Shown here one piece after another: positions 17,486 to 26,187 of a DNA stretch of 40,982 nucleotides. Position numbers and translations under genes: made by a program. Positions within the stretch are counted from its first letter, which is position 1. The number at the start of each line of letters is the position of its first letter. The stretch comes from a virus (Duplodnaviria; Caudoviricetes), in the IMG/VR virus record IMGVR_UViG_3300029171_000019, positions 1 to 40,982 of that record; one strand, 5' to 3'. The notes beneath the pieces are model-generated. The model made no database searches, was not told the origin of the DNA, and saw nothing but the letters and a program-made list of their open reading frames with translations.

Positions 17486-18877
17486 ATGATTACCGCCTTT
17501 ATCAAGACAAAACCCGTTCACAACGTCGGCATCAAAAAGACAAACGCCACTGATTGGCCGAAGGAATACGTCTGTAATTTTCTTGAGCCTGGCGTTGTTT
17601 CCTACGAAGACGTCGGCCAGGGCATCGCAATGCTTCCGAGCGAAGCGATTGACCGGATGCTGCAGTCATTCGTCGGAAAGCCGGTCGTGATTGACCACGT
17701 CGACGTGACGCCGCAGACATTCGAAAAGGAAGCGGTCGGGCTCGTTACGCGCGTCTGGCGCGAATCAAACGGATGGGCGTATTGCGCGTTTCTTTTGACA
17801 GACGATAAAGCGAAGGATCTTGTCTCAAAAGGCTATTCTGTTTCGTGCGCGTTTGACGTTCACGAAGTGGGCCCGGGTGGCGAATGGCACGCGATCAAAT
17901 ATGACGAAGAAATTCAGAACGGCCAATTTACTCACCTCGCACTCGTCGACAATCCCCGGTATGAAGGCTGCAGGATCTTCGCCAACTCCAAAGGTGCGGC
18001 CTCTTTAAATCGAAAAGAAAACGGAGCCATGACGTCCATTCATCCCGACGCCGGAAAGCGCGTCGAAATAAAAGAGGGGATGTTCTCCGGAAAGCAGGGG
18101 AAAATTCAGGTTTCGGACGGAAAAGACATGATGGTCGTTCTGGATCGCGGAGAAGGAACGATCCAAATTTCTTCAACAAAAATTCGTTTTTTAAACTCAA
18201 ATTCACAGGATAACAGCACTCAAGATGCTAAATTTAAAACAGGCGATAAGAACCCACAGGAGAAAAAAAACATGGCCTTTAAATTTTGGATCAAATCGAA
18301 GAAAAAGAACGCAGCAGAGCAGCGCGACGAAATCACGCGCGACCCGTCAAATGTGATGGTTGATGTTGACGGAAAAAAAGTTTCCGTTCAGGAACTCCTG
18401 AACTCCAAGAAAAAGGCCAACTCCGGGGCTGAAGTCGAAACGGCGACGATGGAAGACAAGTTCGTGGACGCGGAAGGCACTGAACACAGCATTGCCGAAC
18501 TCGTTGAAAATTACCGCGAAAATTCCATGAGCGACGAAGAAAAAAAGAACGCCGCTGAGGAAGAAGAAAAAAAGAAAAAGGAAGATGCCAAGCGGAAAGC
18601 GGCGAAGGAAGAGGAAGAAAAAAAGAATGCCGCCGAAGCCGAAGAAGAAAAGAAAAACGTCTCTGAAAAAGAAGAGGAAGAAAAAAAGCGCAAAGACGCG
18701 AAGGAAAAAGAAGAAAAAGAAAACGCGCGCCGCGCCGGCAAAGACGGTCACCAATTTTTCGAAAAAGTAAAGGGTCTCCGCGAGAACGCAGACGCCGGCG
18801 GCCCCAGTGTCATGGTTGAAACGATGGGCTCCAAGTGCAACCGGGGCGAAGAACTTTTCGGCCAGGCACCCAAATAA
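17486..18877 (+). CDS. DUF2213-like prohead protease/scaffold fusion
   Basis: GKPVVIDH, VSCAF and HLALVDNPRY motifs; charged K/E-rich C-terminal half. Confidence 0.8.
   Translation: MITAFIKTKPVHNVGIKKTNATDWPKEYVCNFLEPGVVSYEDVGQGIAMLPSEAIDRMLQSFVGKPVVIDHVDVTPQTFEKEAVGLVTRVWRESNGWAYCAFLLTDDKAKDLVSKGYSVSCAFDVHEVGPGGEWHAIKYDEEIQNGQFTHLALVDNPRYEGCRIFANSKGAASLNRKENGAMTSIHPDAGKRVEIKEGMFSGKQGKIQVSDGKDMMVVLDRGEGTIQISSTKIRFLNSNSQDNSTQDAKFKTGDKNPQEKKNMAFKFWIKSKKKNAAEQRDEITRDPSNVMVDVDGKKVSVQELLNSKKKANSGAEVETATMEDKFVDAEGTEHSIAELVENYRENSMSDEEKKNAAEEEEKKKKEDAKRKAAKEEEEKKNAAEAEEEKKNVSEKEEEEKKRKDAKEKEEKENARRAGKDGHQFFEKVKGLRENADAGGPSVMVETMGSKCNRGEELFGQAPK
18272..18877 (+). CDS. Nested in-frame scaffolding protein
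   Basis: AGGAG at 18258-18262, 9 nt before the in-frame ATG 18272 (MAFKFW). Confidence 0.6.
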   Translation: MAFKFWIKSKKKNAAEQRDEITRDPSNVMVDVDGKKVSVQELLNSKKKANSGAEVETATMEDKFVDAEGTEHSIAELVENYRENSMSDEEKKNAAEEEEKKKKEDAKRKAAKEEEEKKNAAEAEEEKKNVSEKEEEEKKRKDAKEKEEKENARRAGKDGHQFFEKVKGLRENADAGGPSVMVETMGSKCNRGEELFGQAPK

Positions 18878-18910
18878 TTTTTTAACTTTTAAACAAGAGG
18901 AGAAATCACA

Positions 18911-19969
18911 ATGACTTTACAGATGAACCAGTTCTCGCAGGCACCGCTTAAAGGTGCTCTTGCCATGTTGCTCAATCCTTTCACGCTTTCCGTTCAGCTT
19001 GACCCTGATTCCGAAGCGGCATCAGTGAAGCCGGGCGATTATGTCAAGCTCGTCAGCGCCGACGGCCCTCAGATCATCGTGGACATTTGCGCCGCGACCG
19101 ACGTTTCGATTGGTTCCGTGATCTATGTTCCCAAAAAACAGGCCTTCGAACCGGCTGACACTTTTGAAATTGCCGGCCTCGGTTCTATCGTTTGGATGGA
19201 AGCCTCCGGTGCCATTTCCCGCGGCGATCAGCTTGAATTCGTGCCGTCCAATATCCGCGTCAAGACCAACGCCGGAAACCCGGTTTGCGGTCTCGCACTT
19301 GACAATGCGACCGGCACCGGCGCATTGCTTCGCGTCCTTGTTTTGACACCCCAGGCTGTGCCGACCGTGATTACCGGCGGCTCGATCAATAACACGCCCA
19401 TCGGCGGCAGCACGCCGTCGTCCGGCGCTTTCACGACTCTTTCCGCGACCGGCAACGTCGCTCTCGGAAATGCGGCCGGCGACACGATCGATATCATCGG
19501 TATTCTGGATGTTTCCGGAGCGACCATCAAAGGCGCGATTCCCTTCGTTTTTGAAGGCGCGACCGCGGATGCTTTTGAAGGTTCTCTGGCCGTTCCTGAT
19601 TTCACCGCTGATCAAACTTACACGCTTCCCGATGCAACCGGAACGTTTGATCTTTTGCATCAGACCCCGCTCGTTATTACTCCCGGCGCAACGCCTTCAT
19701 GGACTCCTGGAGCAAGCCGTGCGCTTTCCACTTTGACGCCGGCTGAGAACGAAACCATCGCGGCCGTAGTTACCGGAGCGGTGATCGGCAAACGTTACGT
19801 GATCAAAGTCACGACTTCTGGAACCGACAGCTACACGTTGACCTTTGGCACGAATTTCAAGACCACGGGTACGCTTGCGACCGGAACCGATACCGCAAAA
19901 GTTTTTATCATCGAATTCGTTTTCGACGGTACCAACTTCGTCGAAGTCAGCCGTACGACAGCAATGTAA
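18911..19969 (+). CDS. Capsid decoration protein with a fibre-like extension
   Basis: Between scaffold and major capsid; contains the ITGGSINNTPIGGSTPSSGAFTTL fibre motif. Confidence 0.65.
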   Translation: MTLQMNQFSQAPLKGALAMLLNPFTLSVQLDPDSEAASVKPGDYVKLVSADGPQIIVDICAATDVSIGSVIYVPKKQAFEPADTFEIAGLGSIVWMEASGAISRGDQLEFVPSNIRVKTNAGNPVCGLALDNATGTGALLRVLVLTPQAVPTVITGGSINNTPIGGSTPSSGAFTTLSATGNVALGNAAGDTIDIIGILDVSGATIKGAIPFVFEGATADAFEGSLAVPDFTADQTYTLPDATGTFDLLHQTPLVITPGATPSWTPGASRALSTLTPAENETIAAVVTGAVIGKRYVIKVTTSGTDSYTLTFGTNFKTTGTLATGTDTAKVFIIEFVFDGTNFVEVSRTTAM

Positions 19970-20026
19970 TTTACACCCCGGCGAAACACGTCGGGGAAAA
20001 CAAAACCTTTATAGGAGAAAAAAACC

Positions 20027-21079
20027 ATGTTGACCGCCGAACAAAAGAAACAGCAAGTGTTGGAGAGGATCGCGCAGCGCCACAATTCGCGGTCACTTCG
20101 GGGAATGACCTTACGCAACGCCAACGGGGATATCGATCCTTCGAGCCTTGGCTATCAGGAAGCGATTGACACCCTGACGTATATCCGCAAGGAAATCGTC
20201 AGCCAGGTGTTCTATGAGGTCCCCCCGGCGAAATATGTCAATATCGCCGTCGGTGAAGGTGCTTTCAGCCAGTCGATTTTGACAAACCTCTCGATCTCCG
20301 CTTCGGGAAATTTCTTCGACGGGATCATCAACCAGGGCGCCGGAAACGACCGCCTCAATTCCGTGCAAGCCGGTGTCACGCCCGTAAGCGTCCCGGTCGT
20401 GAATTGGGCGAAAACGCTTGGCTATTCGATTTTCGAAATCGAACAGGCTCTCGCTTCGCTTTCCTGGGATTACATTGTCGGCCTGGAAGAAGCCCGGAAA
20501 ACAAACTGGGATCTCGGCATCCAGGAATGCGCGTTTTTGGGCGCACCGTCTGATGATCGCGTGCGCGGACTTTTGAACCAGGCCGATGTGAACATCAACA
20601 CCGCTGTGATCACGAAGGCGATCAGCAGCATGACGGCTGATGAATTCAACGCCTTCATTTCCTCGATCCTTTCCGCTTACCTCGCGAACTGCAACAGCAC
20701 CGTGATGCCGGACACCTTCGTCATTCCGCTTTCGGATTGGGTGGATCTGGCCGGGCCCGTTTCCGCAACGTATCCGAACGTGATGAAAATCGAATGGCTG
20801 CAGAAGGCCTTCGACAAGATCGTTCAGAAACCCGTTTCCATCATGCCCCTGGCATATTGCGATGCCGGAAACAACTCTTCTCGCGGGATCAACAAACAGC
20901 GGTATGCGCTCTACCGCAAGAACCCGCAGACGATCCGGATGGACGTCCCGGTTCCTTACACGACCACGGCACCCAACACCGCGAACAATTTTCAGTTCCA
21001 GAACGTGGCCTACGGCCAATTCACCGGCGTGAAGGCGTACCGCCCGTTGGAAGTTCTGTATTTCGATTACACGCCGTAA
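20027..21079 (+). CDS. Major capsid protein (DUF2184/encapsulin-like)
   Basis: Position, 350 aa, GLLN motif, C-terminal GVKAYRP, strong RBS, terminator downstream. Confidence 0.85.
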   Translation: MLTAEQKKQQVLERIAQRHNSRSLRGMTLRNANGDIDPSSLGYQEAIDTLTYIRKEIVSQVFYEVPPAKYVNIAVGEGAFSQSILTNLSISASGNFFDGIINQGAGNDRLNSVQAGVTPVSVPVVNWAKTLGYSIFEIEQALASLSWDYIVGLEEARKTNWDLGIQECAFLGAPSDDRVRGLLNQADVNINTAVITKAISSMTADEFNAFISSILSAYLANCNSTVMPDTFVIPLSDWVDLAGPVSATYPNVMKIEWLQKAFDKIVQKPVSIMPLAYCDAGNNSSRGINKQRYALYRKNPQTIRMDVPVPYTTTAPNTANNFQFQNVAYGQFTGVKAYRPLEVLYFDYTP

Positions 21080-21103
21080 AAAAATAACCGCCGCCGAAAA
21101 AAT

Positions 21104-21143
21104 GGGGAGGGAGGGAGAATTCCCTTCCTCCCCTTAATTTTTT
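21104..21143 (+). terminator. Rho-independent terminator after the major capsid gene
   Basis: GGGGAGGGAGGGA-GAAT-TCCCTTCCTCCCC followed by TTAATTTTTT. Confidence 0.8.
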
Positions 21144-21160
21144 AAAGAGAGGAACTCAAA

Positions 21161-21322
21161 ATGGCCAAATCTGAAAAGAAGCTCATTATCAACAAAGGGC
21201 AGCGTTCCTTCATCACGAAGGATGGTAAATTCGGACCCGGAGAACATGAAGTCTCGCCGGCCGTCGCCGCCAAGCTCAAAAAAGATTATCCTCGTGAGAT
21301 CAAAATTGTCGGGGAAAAATAA
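21161..21322 (+). CDS. 53-aa protein (MAKSEKKLII...), absent from the ORF track
   Basis: GAGG RBS; TAATG coupling to the next gene. Confidence 0.75.
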   Translation: MAKSEKKLIINKGQRSFITKDGKFGPGEHEVSPAVAAKLKKDYPREIKIVGEK

Positions 21323-21771
21323 TGTCATGGTCAGTTCCGGCGGTTTCAGCTTTCAAATCAAAATTCGTTCGCGATTTTAATTATGCGCCGGCATCAAAAC
21401 CGAACGATCTAAACTTCGTCACAGACGCAGACATTCAGTCCGCGTACGACAATGCGGAACTGAATTTCAATCCATCCCTTTTCGGAACTGACGCTCAAAT
21501 AAACAACGTTTTTCTTTACCTGGCCGCTTTCTACCTGGTTGAAAGCATCAAGACCTCGTCGCAGGGATTCGGAAGCCAGGCGAATTTTCCGATCAACTCC
21601 AAGTCGGTCGGAGGCGTCTCCGTGGCCTTTACGATCCCAGAAAAATACATGAAGAACCCCCAGCTGGCTGTTTTCGCCAATAACGGATATGGCATGATTT
21701 ACCTCTCGCTTGTCCTTCCGTTTGCTGTCGGGAACGTCGAAACGATTCACGGGACCACAACGTCAGAATGA
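21322..21771 (+). CDS. Head-tail adaptor (DUF4054-like)
   Basis: SKSVGGVSVAF and YGMIYL motifs; synteny. Confidence 0.75.
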   Translation: MSWSVPAVSAFKSKFVRDFNYAPASKPNDLNFVTDADIQSAYDNAELNFNPSLFGTDAQINNVFLYLAAFYLVESIKTSSQGFGSQANFPINSKSVGGVSVAFTIPEKYMKNPQLAVFANNGYGMIYLSLVLPFAVGNVETIHGTTTSE

Positions 21772-22328
21772 TGAAAAAAAAATTCAGCAATTCAGTGGGA
21801 TCGGTAACGCTTGATATCGGGAAATTGATCGCGATAGAGCGGCAGCTTGCTAAAAAGCATTTCGTTCAAGTCGGTGTTTTGGGGAACACGTCCTACAACC
21901 GCAAAGAAACCGTTGACGTTAAGAACCCGAAGCTCGGCCAAGCCAAGCACAAAAAGGGAAAGAATTACGCCTCTGACACAAACGCCGAGATTGGGTTTCT
22001 CCATGAATTTGGAAGCCGGTCCCGGAACATTCCCGCGCGGTCGTGGCTTCGAGCACCGCTTTTCCAGAGCCTTCAAAAAGAAGCGGTCAAATATTCGAAA
22101 GTTTTTTTCAACCATTTGACGAATGAAAAATTCGTTCTGGCTTACAAAAAACTAGCCATCCTAGCTGAGAATGTTATTCAGAGGGCATTTGCCACGCATG
22201 GTCCGGAGGGAAAGGGCAAATGGGCACCGAACGCCCCGCTCACGATTGCCAAAAAGGGAAGCAGCGCCCCGCTGATTGATACCGCGCAGCTCCGCAAGGC
22301 CGTGACAAGCAAAGTGGTGACACGATGA
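21768..22328 (+). CDS. Neck/morphogenesis protein
   Basis: HEFG..NIPARSWLR and PLIDTAQLR motifs. Confidence 0.75.
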   Translation: MMKKKFSNSVGSVTLDIGKLIAIERQLAKKHFVQVGVLGNTSYNRKETVDVKNPKLGQAKHKKGKNYASDTNAEIGFLHEFGSRSRNIPARSWLRAPLFQSLQKEAVKYSKVFFNHLTNEKFVLAYKKLAILAENVIQRAFATHGPEGKGKWAPNAPLTIAKKGSSAPLIDTAQLRKAVTSKVVTR

Positions 22329-22465
22329 AATTCAAGTCATTGTGGATGAAAATAGAGCCCTGCAAGTGCCGGGATAAACAGCTCCACGTTCATGTGGCCG
22401 TAAACCGGTGGAATCCGTTCCTTTGGATTGCAATGATCATTTTTATTTTCCGGGGCGCACGATGA
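22325..22465 (+). CDS. 46-aa putative membrane peptide, absent from the ORF track
   Basis: ATGA overlaps at both ends; hydrophobic FLWIAMIIFIF segment. Confidence 0.5.
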   Translation: MKFKSLWMKIEPCKCRDKQLHVHVAVNRWNPFLWIAMIIFIFRGAR

Positions 22466-22845
22466 TCAAGAACGCCAAAGACACGCCCCTGGCGCAGCAG
22501 ACAGCCGGCCTCCCGAACGTTTCCGCGGCCATGACCGGATGGTTTCAGCCGATGGAATTTATTCAGATCTGCAAGCAGAAAATCGACGGATACGTTCAGG
22601 AGATTTCGACCAAAGTAAAGACGCGTGGAGTGCGGCAGCCGTTTACCGCCCGGCAGCTTGAAATCAAGCCGGAAGGCCAGCGGTCCTGGCGTTGGGAAAC
22701 AATGCATTGCCTGCCGGACGTCATTCTGAAACCGGATGACAAAATCTATTTTGACGGGATCGATTACCGGGTGATGCAGCAGTACGATTGGAAGGAATAC
22801 GGATACGTTCAATACGACATCGTCCAGGGGTACTCCAATTGTTAA
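22462..22845 (+). CDS. Head closure/neck protein
   Basis: PEGQRSW and DWKEYGY motifs; synteny. Confidence 0.7.
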   Translation: MIKNAKDTPLAQQTAGLPNVSAAMTGWFQPMEFIQICKQKIDGYVQEISTKVKTRGVRQPFTARQLEIKPEGQRSWRWETMHCLPDVILKPDDKIYFDGIDYRVMQQYDWKEYGYVQYDIVQGYSNC

Positions 22846-23405
22846 ACGCTCCGACCAACAGCCTTGAGTTTTTGCGGGACATTATCCTGAATGAAATGAA
22901 CGGAGAAGGCGAGGATGCGCTCTCCGAAGATCGGGTGATGTTCTACAACCAGAAATGGGACATACCCCCCGACAAAGGTATAATTATCACGATTGGATTT
23001 TTATCGTCTCGGACTTACCGGAATGAATCGCACATGGAAGAAACCGGGGACGGGTTCCAGGAAGTTAAGAACACGAATTTCCAGGAACTTTTGACAGTCG
23101 ACATTATGTCCCAGGACACAAGCGCATTGACCCGGAAAGAGGAACTTCTGGCCGCGCTCGTTTCGCAGTACGGACAGTCGCTGCAGGAAAAATACAGTTT
23201 TCATTTAGGCCGGATACCGCAGGGTTTTACAGACCTTTCATCGCTTGAAGCGAGCGCCCGGCTGTATCGTTTCCAAATTGTCTTGCCGGTTTTGACGTCG
23301 AAGCAGCGCAAAAAAGTTACGCCTTATTACGACAGCTTCACCGGCCGCGTAAAAACTGAGCAAATTACGGTAGATTTTGTACAACCTACGGAGGACCCAC
23401 AATGA
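22839..23405 (+). CDS. Tail terminator/neck protein
   Basis: Directly before the sheath gene; TTG start inferred. Confidence 0.6.
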   Translation: MLNAPTNSLEFLRDIILNEMNGEGEDALSEDRVMFYNQKWDIPPDKGIIITIGFLSSRTYRNESHMEETGDGFQEVKNTNFQELLTVDIMSQDTSALTRKEELLAALVSQYGQSLQEKYSFHLGRIPQGFTDLSSLEASARLYRFQIVLPVLTSKQRKKVTPYYDSFTGRVKTEQITVDFVQPTEDPQ

Positions 23406-24520
23406 TTGATTTAGTGAATGTCATTTCAGTTTCGGTTTCAGAAGCCCCGCTTGGCCTGGGCGAATATAACGTCAACAACGTCGCCCTTTTCACCAAAGAC
23501 GAGCCGGTCGAAGAATGGGACGAGGACTGGCGTGCCTACGTTTCGCCGGCCGCCGTTGGCGAGGATTTCGGAACGGATTCCGAAGCGTACCTTCAGGCCC
23601 TGGCTTTCTTTTCCCAAAGCCCGAACGTTCTGAACGGCAACGGGCAGCTTATTATTTTTCCGTGCGGGGCTGATGAGGAACTTGGCGAAGCGCTTACGCG
23701 CGTGCAGGATATGGTATTTTTTACCGGAATTCTCAGCACGTTCATTCCGGCCACGGATGAGGATCTCCTGGCCTTTTCAACCCAGGTGCAGGCGACAGAT
23801 TCAAAGATTTGGATGTTTCCTTCGCACTTGACGGCTTCGATTGCCGGTATTTTCACCGATATTCTGGACGCTGGAAATTACAAGACGCGCTGTTTCCTTT
23901 ACACCACGAGCGCCCAGGCTGCCCGGATCGCAATGGCGGCATACGCCGGCGGCGGGTTCTCCACGAACTTTGACGCTTCGAATGCCACGCGCACGCAGAA
24001 CCTGAAACAATTGATCACGATCCTCCCGGACGAAGGGATCACCCAAACGATTTACAATAATGCCAAGACGGCCGGCGTGGATCTGTATATCAGCTATGCC
24101 GGGATTCCGTCTGTCGTTTCGAATGGGAACAATAAATATTTTGACCAGGTCTATAACCTGATCTGGTTTGTTTCCCAACTGAAAGTGAGCGGGTTCAATT
24201 CACTCCGGCAAGTTTCCACAAAAGTCCCGCAGACCGAACCCGGTGTGACTCTGCTCAAAGACGCGTACCGGAACGTTTGTGAGGCCGCGCTCAACAATGC
24301 GTACGTGGCTCCGGGTGCCTGGAATTCGGCTGAGTTTTTTGGGAACCAGGAAGACATGATCAAAAACATTTTGGAACGCGGGTACTACATTTACAGTCAG
24401 CCCGTGAATCAGCAATCACAAGTTGACCGCCTGGCACGGAAAGCGCCGCTCATCCAGATCGCCATTAAAGAGGCCGGCGCGATACAGCAATCAAGTGTGA
24501 TTGTCAACGTCAATCCATAA
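23402..24520 (+). CDS. Contractile tail sheath (DUF3383-like)
   Basis: KVPQTEPG, RGYYIYSQP and RKAPLIQIAIKEAGAI motifs. Confidence 0.85.
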   Translation: MIDLVNVISVSVSEAPLGLGEYNVNNVALFTKDEPVEEWDEDWRAYVSPAAVGEDFGTDSEAYLQALAFFSQSPNVLNGNGQLIIFPCGADEELGEALTRVQDMVFFTGILSTFIPATDEDLLAFSTQVQATDSKIWMFPSHLTASIAGIFTDILDAGNYKTRCFLYTTSAQAARIAMAAYAGGGFSTNFDASNATRTQNLKQLITILPDEGITQTIYNNAKTAGVDLYISYAGIPSVVSNGNNKYFDQVYNLIWFVSQLKVSGFNSLRQVSTKVPQTEPGVTLLKDAYRNVCEAALNNAYVAPGAWNSAEFFGNQEDMIKNILERGYYIYSQPVNQQSQVDRLARKAPLIQIAIKEAGAIQQSSVIVNVNP

Positions 24521-24538
24521 AACTTTGGAGGATTCACA

Positions 24539-24994
24539 ATGGGATCAGTAGCATTAACAGGAAAAGACACGATCAAAATCAACGATCGTATTTTTAATGA
24601 CCAGGCCGACCAGGACGCGGGGGTTCTTTCATTCCCGAATGACATCGCGGCCGTCAAAACCGGAAAGAACGGGAACTCGATGTACGCTTTTAATTACAGC
24701 GGGAACCAGTGCGAAGTAACCCTTCGCGTTTTGCGCGGAAGTTCAGATGACAAGTTTCTGAACAACCTTCTGGCGCTTTGGAAAAACAACCCGGCCGGTT
24801 TTACGCTGATGAACGGCGTTTTCGTCAAGAACGTCGGGGATGGTCTCGGAAATATTACTCCGGACACTTACATCATGAACGGCGGCGTTTTTAAGCGGAA
24901 CGTCGATGTGAAGGAAAACACGGAAGGCGATACCGAACAGGCCGTGGCGATTTATACGCTTGTCTTCAGCAATGCGCCTCGCACGATTGGGTAA
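24539..24994 (+). CDS. Tail tube protein
   Basis: 151 aa; follows the sheath; GGAGG RBS. Confidence 0.75.
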   Translation: MGSVALTGKDTIKINDRIFNDQADQDAGVLSFPNDIAAVKTGKNGNSMYAFNYSGNQCEVTLRVLRGSSDDKFLNNLLALWKNNPAGFTLMNGVFVKNVGDGLGNITPDTYIMNGGVFKRNVDVKENTEGDTEQAVAIYTLVFSNAPRTIG

Positions 24995-25076
24995 AATATG
25001 CATTGCAAATTAGGATGTCCAGACCATAACCATCCAAATAAACCGGAAGAACTCCGGCAAAAAAGGAGTAAAAAAA

Positions 25077-25319
25077 ATGCACTACAGAAACGGACGCGAA
25101 GCAAAAAACGGTGACAAGATCGTTCAGATTGAAAACGGAGAAATCAAAGCAGTCGGCGTACTCCACAGCGCAACACCGGGGAACGATTACTGCAACGGAT
25201 ATATTGCACCAACTCAGCATCCGGTGTTATCCGCTTGCCTTGTCGATTGTCTGCACGTCGATGACCTTGCTGAAATTCTGAAGGAAAAAGGGATGCATCA
25301 GCGCCCTGCCGGGAAGTGA
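25077..25319 (+). CDS. Hypothetical protein inserted in the tail module
   Basis: AAGGAG RBS; Cys/His content. Confidence 0.7.
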   Translation: MHYRNGREAKNGDKIVQIENGEIKAVGVLHSATPGNDYCNGYIAPTQHPVLSACLVDCLHVDDLAEILKEKGMHQRPAGK

Positions 25320-25371
25320 TATTGTAGTAAATTTACCACAAGATTTTTCTGTAGAAAACTTACTACAATAT
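25319..25371. promoter_or_regulatory. AT-rich inverted repeat
   Basis: ATATTGTAGTAAATTT...AAACTTACTACAATAT (15/16 match). Confidence 0.6.
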
Positions 25372-25400
25372 TAAGTTCATAAAAAGTTAAGGGAGGCGGG

Positions 25401-25574
25401 ATGAAAGAAGGAACGAAAGTCAAGTGGGTGACAGCAAGCGGTGTGCACGGAAGCGGCATTACGATTTCTGATGAGCGATTCGGCCATGTGGCCGTTGCGG
25501 TCGATGCGCCCCAGGGCGAAGAACACCGGGTTATCTGGTGCACGGTGACTTGGCTGACAGAGGTGACAGAATGA
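25401..25574 (+). CDS. 57-aa protein (MKEGTKVKW...), absent from the ORF track
   Basis: GGAGG RBS; ATGA coupling to the chaperone gene. Confidence 0.7.
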   Translation: MKEGTKVKWVTASGVHGSGITISDERFGHVAVAVDAPQGEEHRVIWCTVTWLTEVTE

Positions 25575-26002
25575 AAAAAATCCTTGATAGCGGGGCAGAA
25601 CTCGAAATCACGCTTTCCGATTTCGCAGTCTGCCATAAACTTCTGAAAGCGACCATGCAGGAGCTGCAGGCCATCAAAATAAATTTCCTCGGCGAAGGCG
25701 GCAAGCTCGAAAACCTTCTTCAGATGAAGATTGGCGATGAGGTCCTGAACACCCTGAAAGATGCGGTTCTCGGCGTTTTCAGTTCTGTCGCCATTGAAGA
25801 TTTGATGTGGAAATGCATGGAGCGCTCGACTTACGACGGCGTAAAAATCGACAAAAAAACTTTTGAATCCGAAGCCGCCCGCGGCGATTTTTTGATCGTG
25901 GCGAAGGAGGTGCTATGGTTTAACCTTCGCCCTTTCTTGAAAAACCTCGGCTCGATGTTCTCGATTCTACGGGATCAAGTCAGTACAAAACTCCCCGCGT
26001 AA
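25571..26002 (+). CDS. Tail assembly chaperone
   Basis: Between tube and tape measure; GAGG RBS; contains a slippery site. Confidence 0.7.
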   Translation: MKKILDSGAELEITLSDFAVCHKLLKATMQELQAIKINFLGEGGKLENLLQMKIGDEVLNTLKDAVLGVFSSVAIEDLMWKCMERSTYDGVKIDKKTFESEAARGDFLIVAKEVLWFNLRPFLKNLGSMFSILRDQVSTKLPA

Positions 26003-26187
26003 AGTTAGAAGCAGACGAATCGATTCTTATCGCGTTGAGGTTGAGCAAAGCCGGTTACGGGAGGCCAGATGAAATATTGAGTATGAGAACAGATCTCGTC
26101 ATTGCGGCTCTGGAATACGATTCTTTTATCAGTAAATATGAACGGGCCTTTCAGGAACTCAATAAAAGACCGGAGATGAAAAAATGA
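25930..26187 (+). CDS. -1 frameshift extension of the chaperone (gpGT-like)
   Basis: C CCT TTC in phase at 25930-25936; -1 frame open to TGA 26187, which overlaps the tape measure ATG. Confidence 0.7.
   Translation, partial: PFLEKPRLDVLDSTGSSQYKTPRVKLEADESILIALRLSKAGYGRPDEILSMRTDLVIAALEYDSFISKYERAFQELNKRPEMKK

Noticed and set aside
20111-21019. Long antisense ORFs (also 3363-4118, 7401-8030, 19022-19660 and others)
   Set aside because: They shadow well-supported + strand genes and have no recognisable motifs.
24998-25114. 38-aa ORF MHCKLGCPDHNH...
   Set aside because: No RBS, and it overlaps the well-supported 25077 gene and its RBS.
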